64,000 nt of DNA from an uncultured Clostridia bacterium (lineage in GTDB: Bacteria; Bacillota; Clostridia; Christensenellales; Borkfalkiaceae), in NCBI GenBank assembly GCA_904419075.1, contig CAJFQM010000003.1, forward strand, positions 153,934-217,933. Direction: 5' to 3'. The notes under the pieces are model-generated. The model was not told where the DNA came from. It made no database searches and was given only the letters and a program-made list of their open reading frames with translations. Made by a program: the position numbers and the translations under genes. Below, in pieces: positions 17,519-27,239 of the stretch; positions within the stretch are counted from its first letter, which is position 1, and each line of letters starts with the position of its first letter.

Positions 17519-18415
17519 TTATTTCTTCATCGCGGCAACCTGTTTCGCTACCTCTTCGTCCAGGTTTTCGCTCTTCTTTTCCAAGCCTTCGCCCATGACG
17601 TAGAACACGAAACGATTGACCGCCGCGTTCCCCGCCGCCTTCAAAAGGTCGGAAACCGTCTTTTTATCGTCCTTGATGAACGCCTGCTTCAAAAGGCAGT
17701 TCTCCTCATAGAACTTCTTGATTCTGCCGAGAACCATTTTCTCCGCAATCGCTTCCGGCTTACCTTCGTTGATCGCCTGCTGTTTGAGAATTTCTTTCTC
17801 CCGCTCCAACGTCTCCGCGGAAACTTCCTCTTCCGTAAGATATGCGGGCTTCGTGAAAGCAATCTGCAACGTGATTTCGTGCGCTACTTCCTTCGCCGCA
17901 TCCGTCGCTTCGCCCTTCATGTCCAGCATGACGCCCAGCTTTCCGCCGAGGTGAATATAGCTCGCCAAAAAGCCTTCCGTCTTATACACCGTAAAACGTC
18001 TGACCGCAATCTTTTCGCCGATGATCGCAATCTGACCTTTCAGATATTCCTCTACGTTCGCCGCTCCGTCGATTTTGCACGCGAGCAGCGCCGCCGTATC
18101 CGCAGGATTCTCCTTTACGATTACCTTCGCGATCTCCGTCGCGATTTCCCCGAAACGAGGGTTCTTCGCCACGAAGTCCGATTCACAGTTGATTTCGAGC
18201 AATACGCCCGTATTGCCGTCGATATAGCACGAAACAATTCCTTCCGCCGCAATACGAGACGCCTTCTTTTCCGCTTTCGCGATTCCGCGCTCTCTCAAAA
18301 GCTCCGCCGCTTTCGTCATGTCTCCGTCCGCATCGGTGAGCGCTTTCTTACAATCCATTACGCCCGCGCCCGTTCTCTCGCGCAGCGCCATTACGTCCTT
18401 TGCTGTAAATGCCAT
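17519..18415 (-). CDS. tsf: Elongation factor Ts
   Basis: MAFTAKDVMALRERTGAGVMDCKKAL. Confidence 0.95.
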   Translation of the reverse strand: MAFTAKDVMALRERTGAGVMDCKKALTDADGDMTKAAELLRERGIAKAEKKASRIAAEGIVSCYIDGNTGVLLEINCESDFVAKNPRFGEIATEIAKVIVKENPADTAALLACKIDGAANVEEYLKGQIAIIGEKIAVRRFTVYKTEGFLASYIHLGGKLGVMLDMKGEATDAAKEVAHEITLQIAFTKPAYLTEEEVSAETLEREKEILKQQAINEGKPEAIAEKMVLGRIKKFYEENCLLKQAFIKDDKKTVSDLLKAAGNAAVNRFVFYVMGEGLEKKSENLDEEVAKQVAAMKK

Positions 18416-18436
18416 TTCCTTTATTCCTCCTGATAA

Positions 18437-19234
18437 TTACGCATTCGCTTCCGAAGTTTCCGCCGCAGGCTCTTCCGCTGCCGCGACTACCTCTTCGATC
18501 GATTCGGGAGCCGCCGCTTCCTCCGCTTCCGCAGCAGGGGCAAGTGCCTCTACGCCCTGATTCGCTTCGATCACCGCGTTCGCCATGACGGACGAAATCA
18601 ATTTGATCGCGCGAATGGCGTCGTCGTTGCCCGGAATTACATAGTCGATTTCATCGGGATCGCAGTTGGTATCCGTAATCGCAACTACGGGGATTCCCAT
18701 CTTCTTCGCTTCTTTGACCGCGATCTCTTCGTTGTGAGGATCCACCACGAACATTACGCCCGGAAGGCTCTTCATCTTCTTGATACCGCCGAGGTTGGTC
18801 TGCAACTTCGTCATTTCCTTTTTGAGAAGCATGACTTCCTTCTTGGGAAGAAGTTCGAATTCCCCGTCGGCTTCCATTTTTTCGAGTTTTTCAAGTCTCT
18901 CTACGCGCGAACGCATGGTCTTGAAATTCGTCAGGCAGCCGCCCAGCCAACGCGCGTTGACATAGAACTGACCGCATCTTTCCGCTTCTTCCTTGATCGC
19001 GTCCTGCGCCTGCTTCTTCGTGCCTACGAAAAGAACCGTCTTGCCCGCTTTCGCGCTCTCGCATACGAACGTATACGCTTCTTCGATGAGAGACGCCGTC
19101 ATCTGCAAGTCGATAATGTGAATATCGTTTCTCGCCGCAAAGATGTACTTCTTCATCTTGGGGTTCCATTTTCTCGTCTGGTGTCCGAAGTGGACGCCTG
19201 CTTCCAGAAGCTGTTTCATCGTGATAACTGCCAT
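18437..19234 (-). CDS. rpsB: 30S ribosomal protein S2 with an acidic Ala/Glu-rich C-terminal tail
   Basis: [27 protein letters not shown]. The tail reads [20 protein letters not shown]... Confidence 0.95.
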   Translation of the reverse strand: MAVITMKQLLEAGVHFGHQTRKWNPKMKKYIFAARNDIHIIDLQMTASLIEEAYTFVCESAKAGKTVLFVGTKKQAQDAIKEEAERCGQFYVNARWLGGCLTNFKTMRSRVERLEKLEKMEADGEFELLPKKEVMLLKKEMTKLQTNLGGIKKMKSLPGVMFVVDPHNEEIAVKEAKKMGIPVVAITDTNCDPDEIDYVIPGNDDAIRAIKLISSVMANAVIEANQGVEALAPAAEAEEAAAPESIEEVVAAAEEPAAETSEANA

Positions 19235-19354
19235 AATTCAATACCTCCGTTGTACCTCCCCGGTTGGCGTTACAGCCGCAACGATATCCGCACTCAAAAA
19301 TTTTACGGACACGGAATGCGCGTCAAAGTCCGGGTGTGAATTTTCAGCGTTTCT

Positions 19355-19383
19355 ATTTTACCATATCGGACGAGCCTTGGCAA
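19355..19383 (-). promoter_or_regulatory. Sigma-A promoter for rpsB-tsf
   Basis: Minus strand reads TTGCCA-17 nt-(TGG)TAAAAT. Confidence 0.55.
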
Positions 19384-19423
19384 GCTATTTTAAGGGCAAT
19401 TCGGCACTTTTTTCCGCTTTTTC

Positions 19424-21232
19424 TCAATTTTCCGCCGCCAGAGAGGGCTGCGATATGCGCGAATACTGACTGTTATAGAGCTTCGCGTAAAAACCGCCCT
19501 CTTCCAGCAGCTCTTTATGCGTTCCGATATCGACGATTTTTCCGTTATCCACCGCAATGATCATATCCGCGTTTACGATCGTCGACAGGCGGTGCGCGAT
19601 GACGAAACACGTCTTCCCTTTCATCAGCTTATCCATCGCTTTCTGAATGAGAATCTCCGTGCGCGTATCGACGTCGGAAGTCGCTTCGTCCAATATCAAA
19701 AGCGGTTTATCCGACAAAAACGCGCGCGCGATCGTCAAAAGCTGCTTCTGACCGCCCGAAAGCGACGTCGAATCGGTGATCACCGTATCGTACCCCTTCG
19801 GCAGGAGCCTTATAAACCGATCGCAATAGGAAGCCCGACAGGCGGCCTCCACTTCCTCTTTCGTCACTCCTTCCCTGCCATAGGCGATATTTTCGTACAC
19901 GGTGCCTTCAAACAACCACGTATCCTGCAAAACCATGGAAAATTGTTCGCGCACGTTCTCGCGGTTCATCTCCGAAATGTCAAACCCGTCGATTTCGATT
20001 TTTCCGCTTCGGGGATCGTAAAAGCGCATCAGCAAATTGACGATCGTCGTCTTGCCCGCACCCGTGGGGCCGACGATCGCTACTTTTTCGCCGGCTCTGA
20101 CGGAAAAGCTCAGATGTTCGATGAGCGGCTTTTCTTCGGTATAGGAGAAATCCACGTCCTTAAATTCCACGTTTCCCGCAATTTTTTCGGGCAGGAGCTC
20201 CGTTTCGACGGACATCTCCTCTTCGTCGAGAAATCCGTACACCTTTTTGGCGGCAGAGCCTACGTGCTGAATGGACGAAAGTCCGTTTGCAATCTGCATG
20301 AGCGGGCCGGAAAAGTTTTTGGAGTACAGGACGACCGTGACGACCGTCGCGACTTCCAGCGTTCCCGACACCGCGAGGAGTCCGCCGAGCAGGCACACCG
20401 CGATAAACGAGGCGTGGTTCGTGAAAGAAATGACGGGCTGAACCGCAGAGGACAAAAATACGGCGCGGCGGTTGACTTCGGTGAGTCCGTCGTTGATTTT
20501 TTTGTGCTTTTTCCGCATGGTCTCTTCCATGTTATAGGATTTTACGGTCTCTATCCCGCCGTAATCCTCCTCGACGCAGGAATACAGGTCTTCGTAGCTC
20601 TTCCACATTTTATCGTAATAGCGCATGCTTTTACGGGCGATTACGGTAGAAATGATTGTGGACAGCGGAACCAGAAGAATGACCGCCAGAGCCATCGGAA
20701 CGTTTTCGTAAAAGAGCATGACCGCGATGGCCGTGAGCTGCAAAACGCCCATCAAAAGAACGTCGATCGCCTCGTGTATGGAGTTTCCCATCATGGAGAC
20801 GTTATTATTTACGCGGGCGAGAATTTCTCCCGTCTTGGTCTTATCGAGATAGGACACGGGCAGGCGGGAAATCTTATCCGCCATCGCGATGCGGAGCTGA
20901 CACGTAAAGCGGCGGGAAACGACGTTATTGAGCGTATACATTTTCAGCCATGAAAAGAAGGAATACACCGCGTAAATCCCCGCCAGCACCGCGAGCGGGA
21001 CCGCGAGGCTCTTCAAAAACGCGGATGCGTCGGCTCCGTCCGAGCGGATAAAGTCATCCGCTTTTCCGACGACGCTGCCGATAATCTGCGGGGAAAGAAT
21101 ATTACACGCGATGATGACGAGCGCCATTCCCACTACGGCAAAAAGCTGAAAACGGATTTTCGATACGTCCGCCAGCATGCGTTTCAAAACGCCTTTTTTC
21201 GACTGTTTCTGCTTTTCTTCCAAAGCGCTCAC
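19424..21232 (-). CDS. ABC exporter, fused permease/ATPase (heterodimer subunit)
   Basis: Six-TM N-terminus, Walker A GPTGAGKTT, signature LSGGQKQ, Walker B LILDEATS. Confidence 0.9.
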   Translation of the reverse strand: MSALEEKQKQSKKGVLKRMLADVSKIRFQLFAVVGMALVIIACNILSPQIIGSVVGKADDFIRSDGADASAFLKSLAVPLAVLAGIYAVYSFFSWLKMYTLNNVVSRRFTCQLRIAMADKISRLPVSYLDKTKTGEILARVNNNVSMMGNSIHEAIDVLLMGVLQLTAIAVMLFYENVPMALAVILLVPLSTIISTVIARKSMRYYDKMWKSYEDLYSCVEEDYGGIETVKSYNMEETMRKKHKKINDGLTEVNRRAVFLSSAVQPVISFTNHASFIAVCLLGGLLAVSGTLEVATVVTVVLYSKNFSGPLMQIANGLSSIQHVGSAAKKVYGFLDEEEMSVETELLPEKIAGNVEFKDVDFSYTEEKPLIEHLSFSVRAGEKVAIVGPTGAGKTTIVNLLMRFYDPRSGKIEIDGFDISEMNRENVREQFSMVLQDTWLFEGTVYENIAYGREGVTKEEVEAACRASYCDRFIRLLPKGYDTVITDSTSLSGGQKQLLTIARAFLSDKPLLILDEATSDVDTRTEILIQKAMDKLMKGKTCFVIAHRLSTIVNADMIIAVDNGKIVDIGTHKELLEEGGFYAKLYNSQYSRISQPSLAAEN

Positions 21233-22962
21233 CTCCCCGTTTCGGACGCGCTTCGGCGCGTTTGAGAAAGATAAATTTCCCGATAAATCCCGCAGGAACG
21301 CATCAGTTCCTCATGCGTGCCGCAGGCGTCTATCCTTCCGCCGTCGAACACGTAAATTTTATCGCAGTTCATCGCCGTCGTCACACGCTGCGTAACGATA
21401 ATCTGCGTCTTGCCCTTCAAGCGCTCCTCCAAGCAGGCGCGAAGCCTGGATTCCGTGAGAAAGTCGAGCGCGGAAAAACTGTCGTCGAATATGTATATCG
21501 CCGCGGGCTTCAACAGCGCGCGCGCAATGGCCAGCCTCTGTTTCTGCCCGCCCGAAAGGTTTCCGCCGCGCTGGGTCGTCGGATAGTCCAATCCCTCTTT
21601 CTGCGCCTCCACAAAATCGATGAGCTGCGCGTCGGAAACGGCTCTGAGCACTTTCGCGTCCTCCGCTTCACGGCCCGCCAGAACGTTTTCCCGTATCGTT
21701 CCCGAAAATATCGTATCCCGCTGCAAAACACAGGAAATATTCTCCCGAAGGCGACGCTCGCCCAACGTTTCGGCGGGGATTCCGTCGAAGGAAAGCTCCC
21801 CGCCCGTCGGCGAAGCCAGCCCCAGCAACAGGCGAACCACCGTACTCTTTCCCGAACCCGTACCGCCGATAAACGCTATTTTCTGACCGGGCAAAATTTC
21901 CATGTCTATCCCCGAAAGTGCGTCGTCGGAACCCGCAGGATAACGATAGGAGACTCCCTTTAAGCGGATTCCGCCCTTCAACGGCGGCTGCCCTTCCGCA
22001 CGCGTTTCGGGGACGGAATCCGCCGTCAGGACTTCGGATATGCGCATGCAGTTCACCTTGGCTCGGGGAATTTCCGAAACGGTGAAGGAAATACTCATAA
22101 TCCCCGACATAATCATGCCCACGTATTCGATGACCGCAAGAATACCGCCCGCCGTCAGGCGGCTGTCGGGCAAGGAAAGACGATAGGCTCCCACGTACAG
22201 AATGAGCACCGTCACGAGATTCAAAACGAGCATACACACGGGACTGATGAGCCCCGCCCGAATATTCGCCTTGATGATGTTATCCGCCATGACGTGCGTC
22301 GCTCGGTCGATTTTCTGCTGTTCCGCTCCCTCGCGGTTGAATGCCCGCACGACGCGGATTCCCGAAAGGCGGCTCCTGATCAGCGCGTTCTGCTTATCCA
22401 TGTATTCGTCGGAAATTTTCCAAAGCGGATGAATACGCCGCGAAACCAAAAGAACCACCGCCAAAATGACGGGCACGAATGCGAACAGAATGAGCGCCAA
22501 CACCCAATCTTTACGAAAGGCGAGCGCCGTGCCCAAAATCATGGTGAACGGAATGGCGGAAAGAGCGCTCAAAAGAGTGTTGATGACGTCCCCCACCCGA
22601 TCCACGTCTTCGATGGAACGGGTAATCAACGCGCCCGTTCCCATCTTTTTGAAAGTATCTGCGGGCATGGAATTCACCTTCGCGAAAATTTCCGCGCGAA
22701 GGTCGCCGCAAAAACGGGCCGTCGCACCCTGTCCGATCTTATATGCGAATACGATTAAAATCACGTCCGCGACCGTTACGGCCGCCATGACCGCACATGT
22801 CCTATAAACGTAAGAAATATTTTTTTCCCCGATTCCGTAATCGACGATATTCGTCATCAGCGTCGGAAGCGCGACCGAACACACGGTGGACAACACCAGC
22901 ATGACGAATGCCGCGGAAAGCGGCATTCGGTATTTTTTGAGTCGATTGAGTATATCTTTCAT
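21229..22962 (-). CDS. ABC exporter, fused permease/ATPase (heterodimer subunit)
   Basis: GGTGSGKST, LSGGQKQRLAIARA, YIFDDSFSALD. It overlaps the partner gene by 4 nt. Confidence 0.9.
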   Translation of the reverse strand: MKDILNRLKKYRMPLSAAFVMLVLSTVCSVALPTLMTNIVDYGIGEKNISYVYRTCAVMAAVTVADVILIVFAYKIGQGATARFCGDLRAEIFAKVNSMPADTFKKMGTGALITRSIEDVDRVGDVINTLLSALSAIPFTMILGTALAFRKDWVLALILFAFVPVILAVVLLVSRRIHPLWKISDEYMDKQNALIRSRLSGIRVVRAFNREGAEQQKIDRATHVMADNIIKANIRAGLISPVCMLVLNLVTVLILYVGAYRLSLPDSRLTAGGILAVIEYVGMIMSGIMSISFTVSEIPRAKVNCMRISEVLTADSVPETRAEGQPPLKGGIRLKGVSYRYPAGSDDALSGIDMEILPGQKIAFIGGTGSGKSTVVRLLLGLASPTGGELSFDGIPAETLGERRLRENISCVLQRDTIFSGTIRENVLAGREAEDAKVLRAVSDAQLIDFVEAQKEGLDYPTTQRGGNLSGGQKQRLAIARALLKPAAIYIFDDSFSALDFLTESRLRACLEERLKGKTQIIVTQRVTTAMNCDKIYVFDGGRIDACGTHEELMRSCGIYREIYLSQTRRSASETGR

Positions 22963-23126
22963 TCTTTTTTCGATTTCCCGTTAATTTTGTTTCTCGTCAT
23001 ATTTTTGCGGAAGAGTTGAGCGAAGCCGCAAAAAAACAGAACATTCGGCAAGCTATAAATGCGAAAATTTGCTTCCGAACGTCCCAACGAAGCAAAATAT
23101 CGCTTCAAAAGGGTATGGAAAAAGCG

Positions 23127-23957
23127 TTATTTTTTCGCAGACGGTGTATCGGAATCGGGCGACATCGAGCCTACGCCGATCAAATTATCCACCGGCAGAG
23201 AAAACAAAACCCCGCCCGCGTCCGTTTTCAGTCCCGCAGTCTCCTGAATCGCCCGCATGATGGGCAGTTTTCCCTCGCGCTTTGTCAGAATCATCAGAAT
23301 TTCCGTCTCCTCCTGAAACGTTACCCCGATAAGCTGCTCCGCTTTCCGATTGTTCAGCATCGTCGCGTGTATGAGCGTTCCGCCCGCCGCGCCCGCTTCC
23401 CGAGCCGCATTCATCGCTTCGTCGGCAAAACCGCTCTGCATGGCAGCTATCACCAAATCATAAATTCTCGAATTTTCGTTCATTTTTCTTTCCCTCCCCG
23501 CCGCGGCTTCCTTGGGCGCGGCTTTCAAAAGCCCGTTCGCGACGATGCTCGATACGCTCGTCAGCGGCATGGTAAAACAAATACCCTTCCCTACGAGATA
23601 CAGCTCCATTTCTTTCTGTATCCCCTCCAAAACCGTCCTTTCCGAGGTCTCCGGAATCAGCGAAAGCACCATTCTCTTGCTCGTCTCCCCGAGACCGAGA
23701 TAGTCCAGAACCGCCGTGCGCGCCGTACCGTGCGCTTCAAAGGAATAACTCAATGCCGCGCCCGAAGCGTTGCAGAGCTCCACGACCTCCGCGGCGTCCT
23801 CCTGCCCCACGATTCCGACAAGGAGTTTCAACCGCGGCGGCTGTCCGCCCTTTGAACGCAACGGATTCGAACCGTCTTTCTCCCGCGCTACGCGCAGCTT
23901 TTTCAGCTTTCCGCCCGCAAACCCCTTTTTCAAAGTCAACCTTTCAATCCCGCTCAT
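23127..23957 (-). CDS. Tandem PII-like (GlnB-fold) signal-transduction protein
   Basis: 276 aa with two segments of about 110 aa showing PII-like beta-alpha-beta patterning (LLVGIVGQEDAAEVVEL..., YDLVIAAMQSGFADEAMNAAREAG...). It lies 1 nt downstream of the DUF1538 gene. Confidence 0.5.
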   Translation of the reverse strand: MSGIERLTLKKGFAGGKLKKLRVAREKDGSNPLRSKGGQPPRLKLLVGIVGQEDAAEVVELCNASGAALSYSFEAHGTARTAVLDYLGLGETSKRMVLSLIPETSERTVLEGIQKEMELYLVGKGICFTMPLTSVSSIVANGLLKAAPKEAAAGRERKMNENSRIYDLVIAAMQSGFADEAMNAAREAGAAGGTLIHATMLNNRKAEQLIGVTFQEETEILMILTKREGKLPIMRAIQETAGLKTDAGGVLFSLPVDNLIGVGSMSPDSDTPSAKK

Positions 23958-23958
23958 G

Positions 23959-25512
23959 TCAGTCCACCTCGTATTCTACAACGTCGTCCTCTTCGGAAAG
24001 GAAATTCTTCTTGTATGTCGCCGTCTTACGCCTATAATGGATTCCCAAAATCTGAATACTGATGAGCGGCGCCAGCGCTACGAGCGCCACGCATCCGAAC
24101 GCCAATGTCATAATCTCCGTCGGCGCAAGCACGGAGCACGCTCCGATTGCCATGGGCAGCACAAATGAGGAAACCATGGCTCCGCTGGCGACGCCGCCGG
24201 AGTCGAACGCGATACCCGTGAACAACTTGGGCGTAAAAATCATCAGCACCAGCGCCGCGGCATACCCCGGAAGCAAAAGCCACATTACATTGAAACCGAG
24301 AACGATCCGAAGCATGGAAAATCCCAGCGCCGCGCACACGCCGATACACAAGCCCTTCTTCATCGTCGAAGCGGAAACCGCACCCGCGGACATGTGCTCC
24401 ACCTGTTTATTGAGCACGTACACCGCAGGTTCGGCCGAGACGACGAAATACCCTAAAAGCATTCCCACGGGCACCAGCAGCCAGCCGTTCCAAAAACCGG
24501 CAAGCGCTTTGCCGATTTCCCGCCCCACGGGCATGAACCCCACGTTTGCGCCCGTCAAAAAGAACGTCAGTCCCGCAAACGTATATACGAGCCCGATAAT
24601 TACCTTTATGAGCTGACGGCGGGGAAATGCCCGCGTTATCAGTTGAAACAGCACGAAAAACGCCGCAATCGGCGACAGCGCGCGGAGCACTTCCAGCGCG
24701 TATTCCCCCAAGCCCCTGCCGTAATCGAGAAAGGCGCTCTGCGTCGTCTCGGGCGGCACGATGTCCGATACGGGATATTCGCCCCCCTGCGCTTTATAAA
24801 TAATCCCCAAAACGAGCACCGCCAGAATCGGGCCGATACTGCTCAAAGCCACGAGGCCGAAACTGTCGTCGCCGCTCTTTTTACTGCTCCTCACCGCCGC
24901 CACGCCTACGCCCAGCGACATGATAAAGGGCACCGTCACGGGTCCCGTCGTGACTCCGCCCGCGTCGAAAGAAATTGCCCAAAAACTCGACGGAACCGCC
25001 GTGAGTGCCAATGCGAACACCGCCGTATAACATATCGCCAGCAGGACGGAAAGACTCACGCCGAATACGATTCGCAGCATCGCCGCCATGAGAAAAAGCC
25101 CCATTCCCACCGATACCGTGATAACCATCACCATATTGTCGATGTCGGGGACCTGTTCGGCAAGAATTTGCAAATCGGGTTCCGCCATGGTCACGATGAC
25201 ACCTATCACAAAGCTGACAAAGGCTATCAGCCATACCTTCTTGCTCTTGGTCAGCGTCGAGCCTACCCTTTGACCGATGACGAGCATGGACATGTCTGCG
25301 CCCAATGCAAACAGTGCCGTTCCGAAAATCAGAAGCAGGACCCCGATCGCAAACAAAAGAAACGTGCCCGTCTCCAAGGGAGTCAACGTGAGAGAAAGCC
25401 CCAATACGATGAGCGCTATGGGAAAGACTGCCTGAAAAGCCTCCTTCAATTTCTCTTTCAGCGCCTCCGACATTTCCTTGCGCCGCTCTTTGAGTTTTTC
25501 TCTATCCGCCAT
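23959..25512 (-). CDS. Membrane protein with two fused DUF1538-like halves
   Basis: 517 aa, polytopic. An internal duplication is marked by FDAGGVTTGPVTVPF and FDSGGVASGAMVSSF. Confidence 0.7.
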   Translation of the reverse strand: MADREKLKERRKEMSEALKEKLKEAFQAVFPIALIVLGLSLTLTPLETGTFLLFAIGVLLLIFGTALFALGADMSMLVIGQRVGSTLTKSKKVWLIAFVSFVIGVIVTMAEPDLQILAEQVPDIDNMVMVITVSVGMGLFLMAAMLRIVFGVSLSVLLAICYTAVFALALTAVPSSFWAISFDAGGVTTGPVTVPFIMSLGVGVAAVRSSKKSGDDSFGLVALSSIGPILAVLVLGIIYKAQGGEYPVSDIVPPETTQSAFLDYGRGLGEYALEVLRALSPIAAFFVLFQLITRAFPRRQLIKVIIGLVYTFAGLTFFLTGANVGFMPVGREIGKALAGFWNGWLLVPVGMLLGYFVVSAEPAVYVLNKQVEHMSAGAVSASTMKKGLCIGVCAALGFSMLRIVLGFNVMWLLLPGYAAALVLMIFTPKLFTGIAFDSGGVASGAMVSSFVLPMAIGACSVLAPTEIMTLAFGCVALVALAPLISIQILGIHYRRKTATYKKNFLSEEDDVVEYEVD

Positions 25513-25633
25513 ATTGCCTCCCCTTTCCGAATTTATTTCTTTTCACTTTCCGAAAGAGCCTCTTTCCCGTTTCGGGCAAGAGGCTCTTTCGGAATAAAAA
25601 TTTTACAAGCAAAATCCGTGTACGAAAAAACTG

Positions 25634-25975
25634 TCAGTCTTCCGCTCCGTCTAATTTCTTCGCGTCTTCGCTGTCTTCATACTGCTCGTACTGATTACAG
25701 AATTCCGCAAATACTTCGTCCATCAGCGTTTCGTCTTCAAGCGGGAGAAGCTCCTGTTCGTCTCCCTCTCCTTTGAGCAGGAACATCACCACTTCGTCCT
25801 CCTCTTCCTCCGTCTCCGGCTCCGCTTTCTGGAAAAAGCAATACCATTCGCCCTTATATTCGATTGTCCCGATATGGAGATATTTCTCCACATTTCCTTC
25901 GTCGTCTTCGAGTTCGAGAATATTATCCTCGTATTCTTCGTCTTCCGTCAGATTTTCCATGTCCATTTCTTTCAC
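25634..25975 (-). CDS. DUF1292 (YrzB-like) acidic protein
   Basis: DDEGNVEKYLHIGTIEYKGEWYCFFQ...ELLPLEDETLMDEVFAEF. It lies immediately downstream of ruvX, as in other Firmicutes. Confidence 0.8.
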   Translation of the reverse strand: MKEMDMENLTEDEEYEDNILELEDDEGNVEKYLHIGTIEYKGEWYCFFQKAEPETEEEEDEVVMFLLKGEGDEQELLPLEDETLMDEVFAEFCNQYEQYEDSEDAKKLDGAED

Positions 25976-25977
25976 CT

Positions 25978-26409
25978 CTATTTATTCTTCTTCATGCGGA
26001 GCAGGTACCCCTCCAATATATACGACGCCGCAATAGAGTCTATCGTCTGCTTCCGCTTCTCCCGCTTCACTCCGCCTATGATCTGCACTTCCCGCGCCTG
26101 CATCGTCGTGAAACGCTCGTCCTCCAACTCCACGGGCAATTCGCTCGTCTCCCTGAGCGCCTCCACGAACCGACGGGTCTTTTCCGTCTGCACGCTCTCC
26201 GTCCCGTCAAAATTGACGGGCATTCCGCACACGATTACCCCCGCGCCCCTGTCCTTCGCAATCTTCGCTATCGCTTCCACGTCCGCCTGAAAATTGCGCG
26301 TACGGAAATACGTCTCCGCGGGAATCGCGTATTCGTTGAACGGGTCGCTCACCGCGACGCCGATCCGCTTGTCGCCTATGTCAAAGGCTATCGCCCGTTT
26401 TCCTGTCAT
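25978..26409 (-). CDS. ruvX: Holliday-junction resolvase-like RNase RuvX (YqgF)
   Basis: The start is taken at MTGKRAIAFDIGDKRIGVAVSD (ATG 26407-26409). Confidence 0.85.
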   Translation of the reverse strand: MTGKRAIAFDIGDKRIGVAVSDPFNEYAIPAETYFRTRNFQADVEAIAKIAKDRGAGVIVCGMPVNFDGTESVQTEKTRRFVEALRETSELPVELEDERFTTMQAREVQIIGGVKREKRKQTIDSIAASYILEGYLLRMKKNK

Positions 26410-26415
26410 AAAAGC

Positions 26416-26424
26416 ATTATAGCA
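26416..26424 (-). promoter_or_regulatory. Extended -10 element (TGCTATAAT) 6 nt upstream of the ruvX ATG
   Basis: Minus strand reads TGCTATAATGCTTTTATG. No SD lies between the -10 and the ATG. Confidence 0.4.
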
Positions 26425-26502
26425 CAAAACCGTCCCCCGCGTCTATTGTTTTACGCAAACATTTTTTATTTTTTTCATTTTTCGCCGCAACGGACTTTAC
26501 AT

Positions 26503-26530
26503 AAAAACGCGGCGGTTAAAAACCGCCGCG
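26503..26530 (-). terminator. Terminator of the ytxH-like gene
   Basis: cgcggcggtt/aaccgccgcg forms a 10-bp stem, followed by TTTTT on the minus strand. Confidence 0.7.
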
Positions 26531-26615
26531 CCGTTAAAAACATGGCCGAAAGAATTCATGCGTTTCGGAAAATTGCTTTCCGCATGGCCGAAAAGATTCG
26601 TCCGCTCGGGGAAAA

Positions 26616-26882
26616 TTATTTTCCGCGCGATTTCTTCTCCGTCTTTTCCATGTCGCCTTTACTCTGTTCCCCCTCTCCGCTCTTTTCCGAAGATTGGGAA
26701 GAAAATATGCCCTTTCCGTTTTCAATGTCTTTCAGTTTCTCGTCCATCATCTCGTCGAGACGCTGTTTGACTTCCTCCTGCCCTTTTCTTACGAGCGTGC
26801 GCATCTTACAACTGTTCGCCGCAAGCAACGCGCCGCCTACCGCACCGAGCAAAAGCCCGATTGTAAATTTCTCCATATTCAA
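26616..26882 (-). CDS. YtxH-domain membrane-anchored protein
   Basis: The N-terminal TM segment is FTIGLLLGAVGGALLAA, followed by a charged helical tail. Confidence 0.7.
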   Translation of the reverse strand: MNMEKFTIGLLLGAVGGALLAANSCKMRTLVRKGQEEVKQRLDEMMDEKLKDIENGKGIFSSQSSEKSGEGEQSKGDMEKTEKKSRGK

Positions 26883-27239
26883 AAAATCCTCCTTACGGAA
26901 AATTCGCTCCGCGCGGATTTCCCGTACAGTCAGTATGAGTCTATTTACTCGGATTTATTCATAATTTTCGACAAATTTTGACAAACAAAAACTTTATCCC
27001 CTCAAAAAGAAGGCGACGTCCTTTTCAAAAGTCAAGATACGGAAATACGCCTTTCCGTTCCGTCGGAAAATGTAAGAGTAATCGTATCGCCGCAAATTTT
27101 TACGCTTGCTTCAAATTTATCCGAAAGCAAGACTTTCGGATATTCTAACGTCCACTATTTCACCTCCTTTACACCGTCCCGATGTTGTAAAAATAATAAA
27201 TACCGTCCCGTTCTTTCATAATGATAGTAGGTGTAAACA

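Noticed and set aside
27150-27200. A strong SD (AAAGGAGGTG) followed by GTG on the minus strand might mark a small gene.
   Set aside because: The frame stops after 12 codons (VDVRISESLAFG). A longer neighbouring frame lacks a start codon and SD. It is probably a gene remnant in the AT-rich islet rather than a functional ORF.
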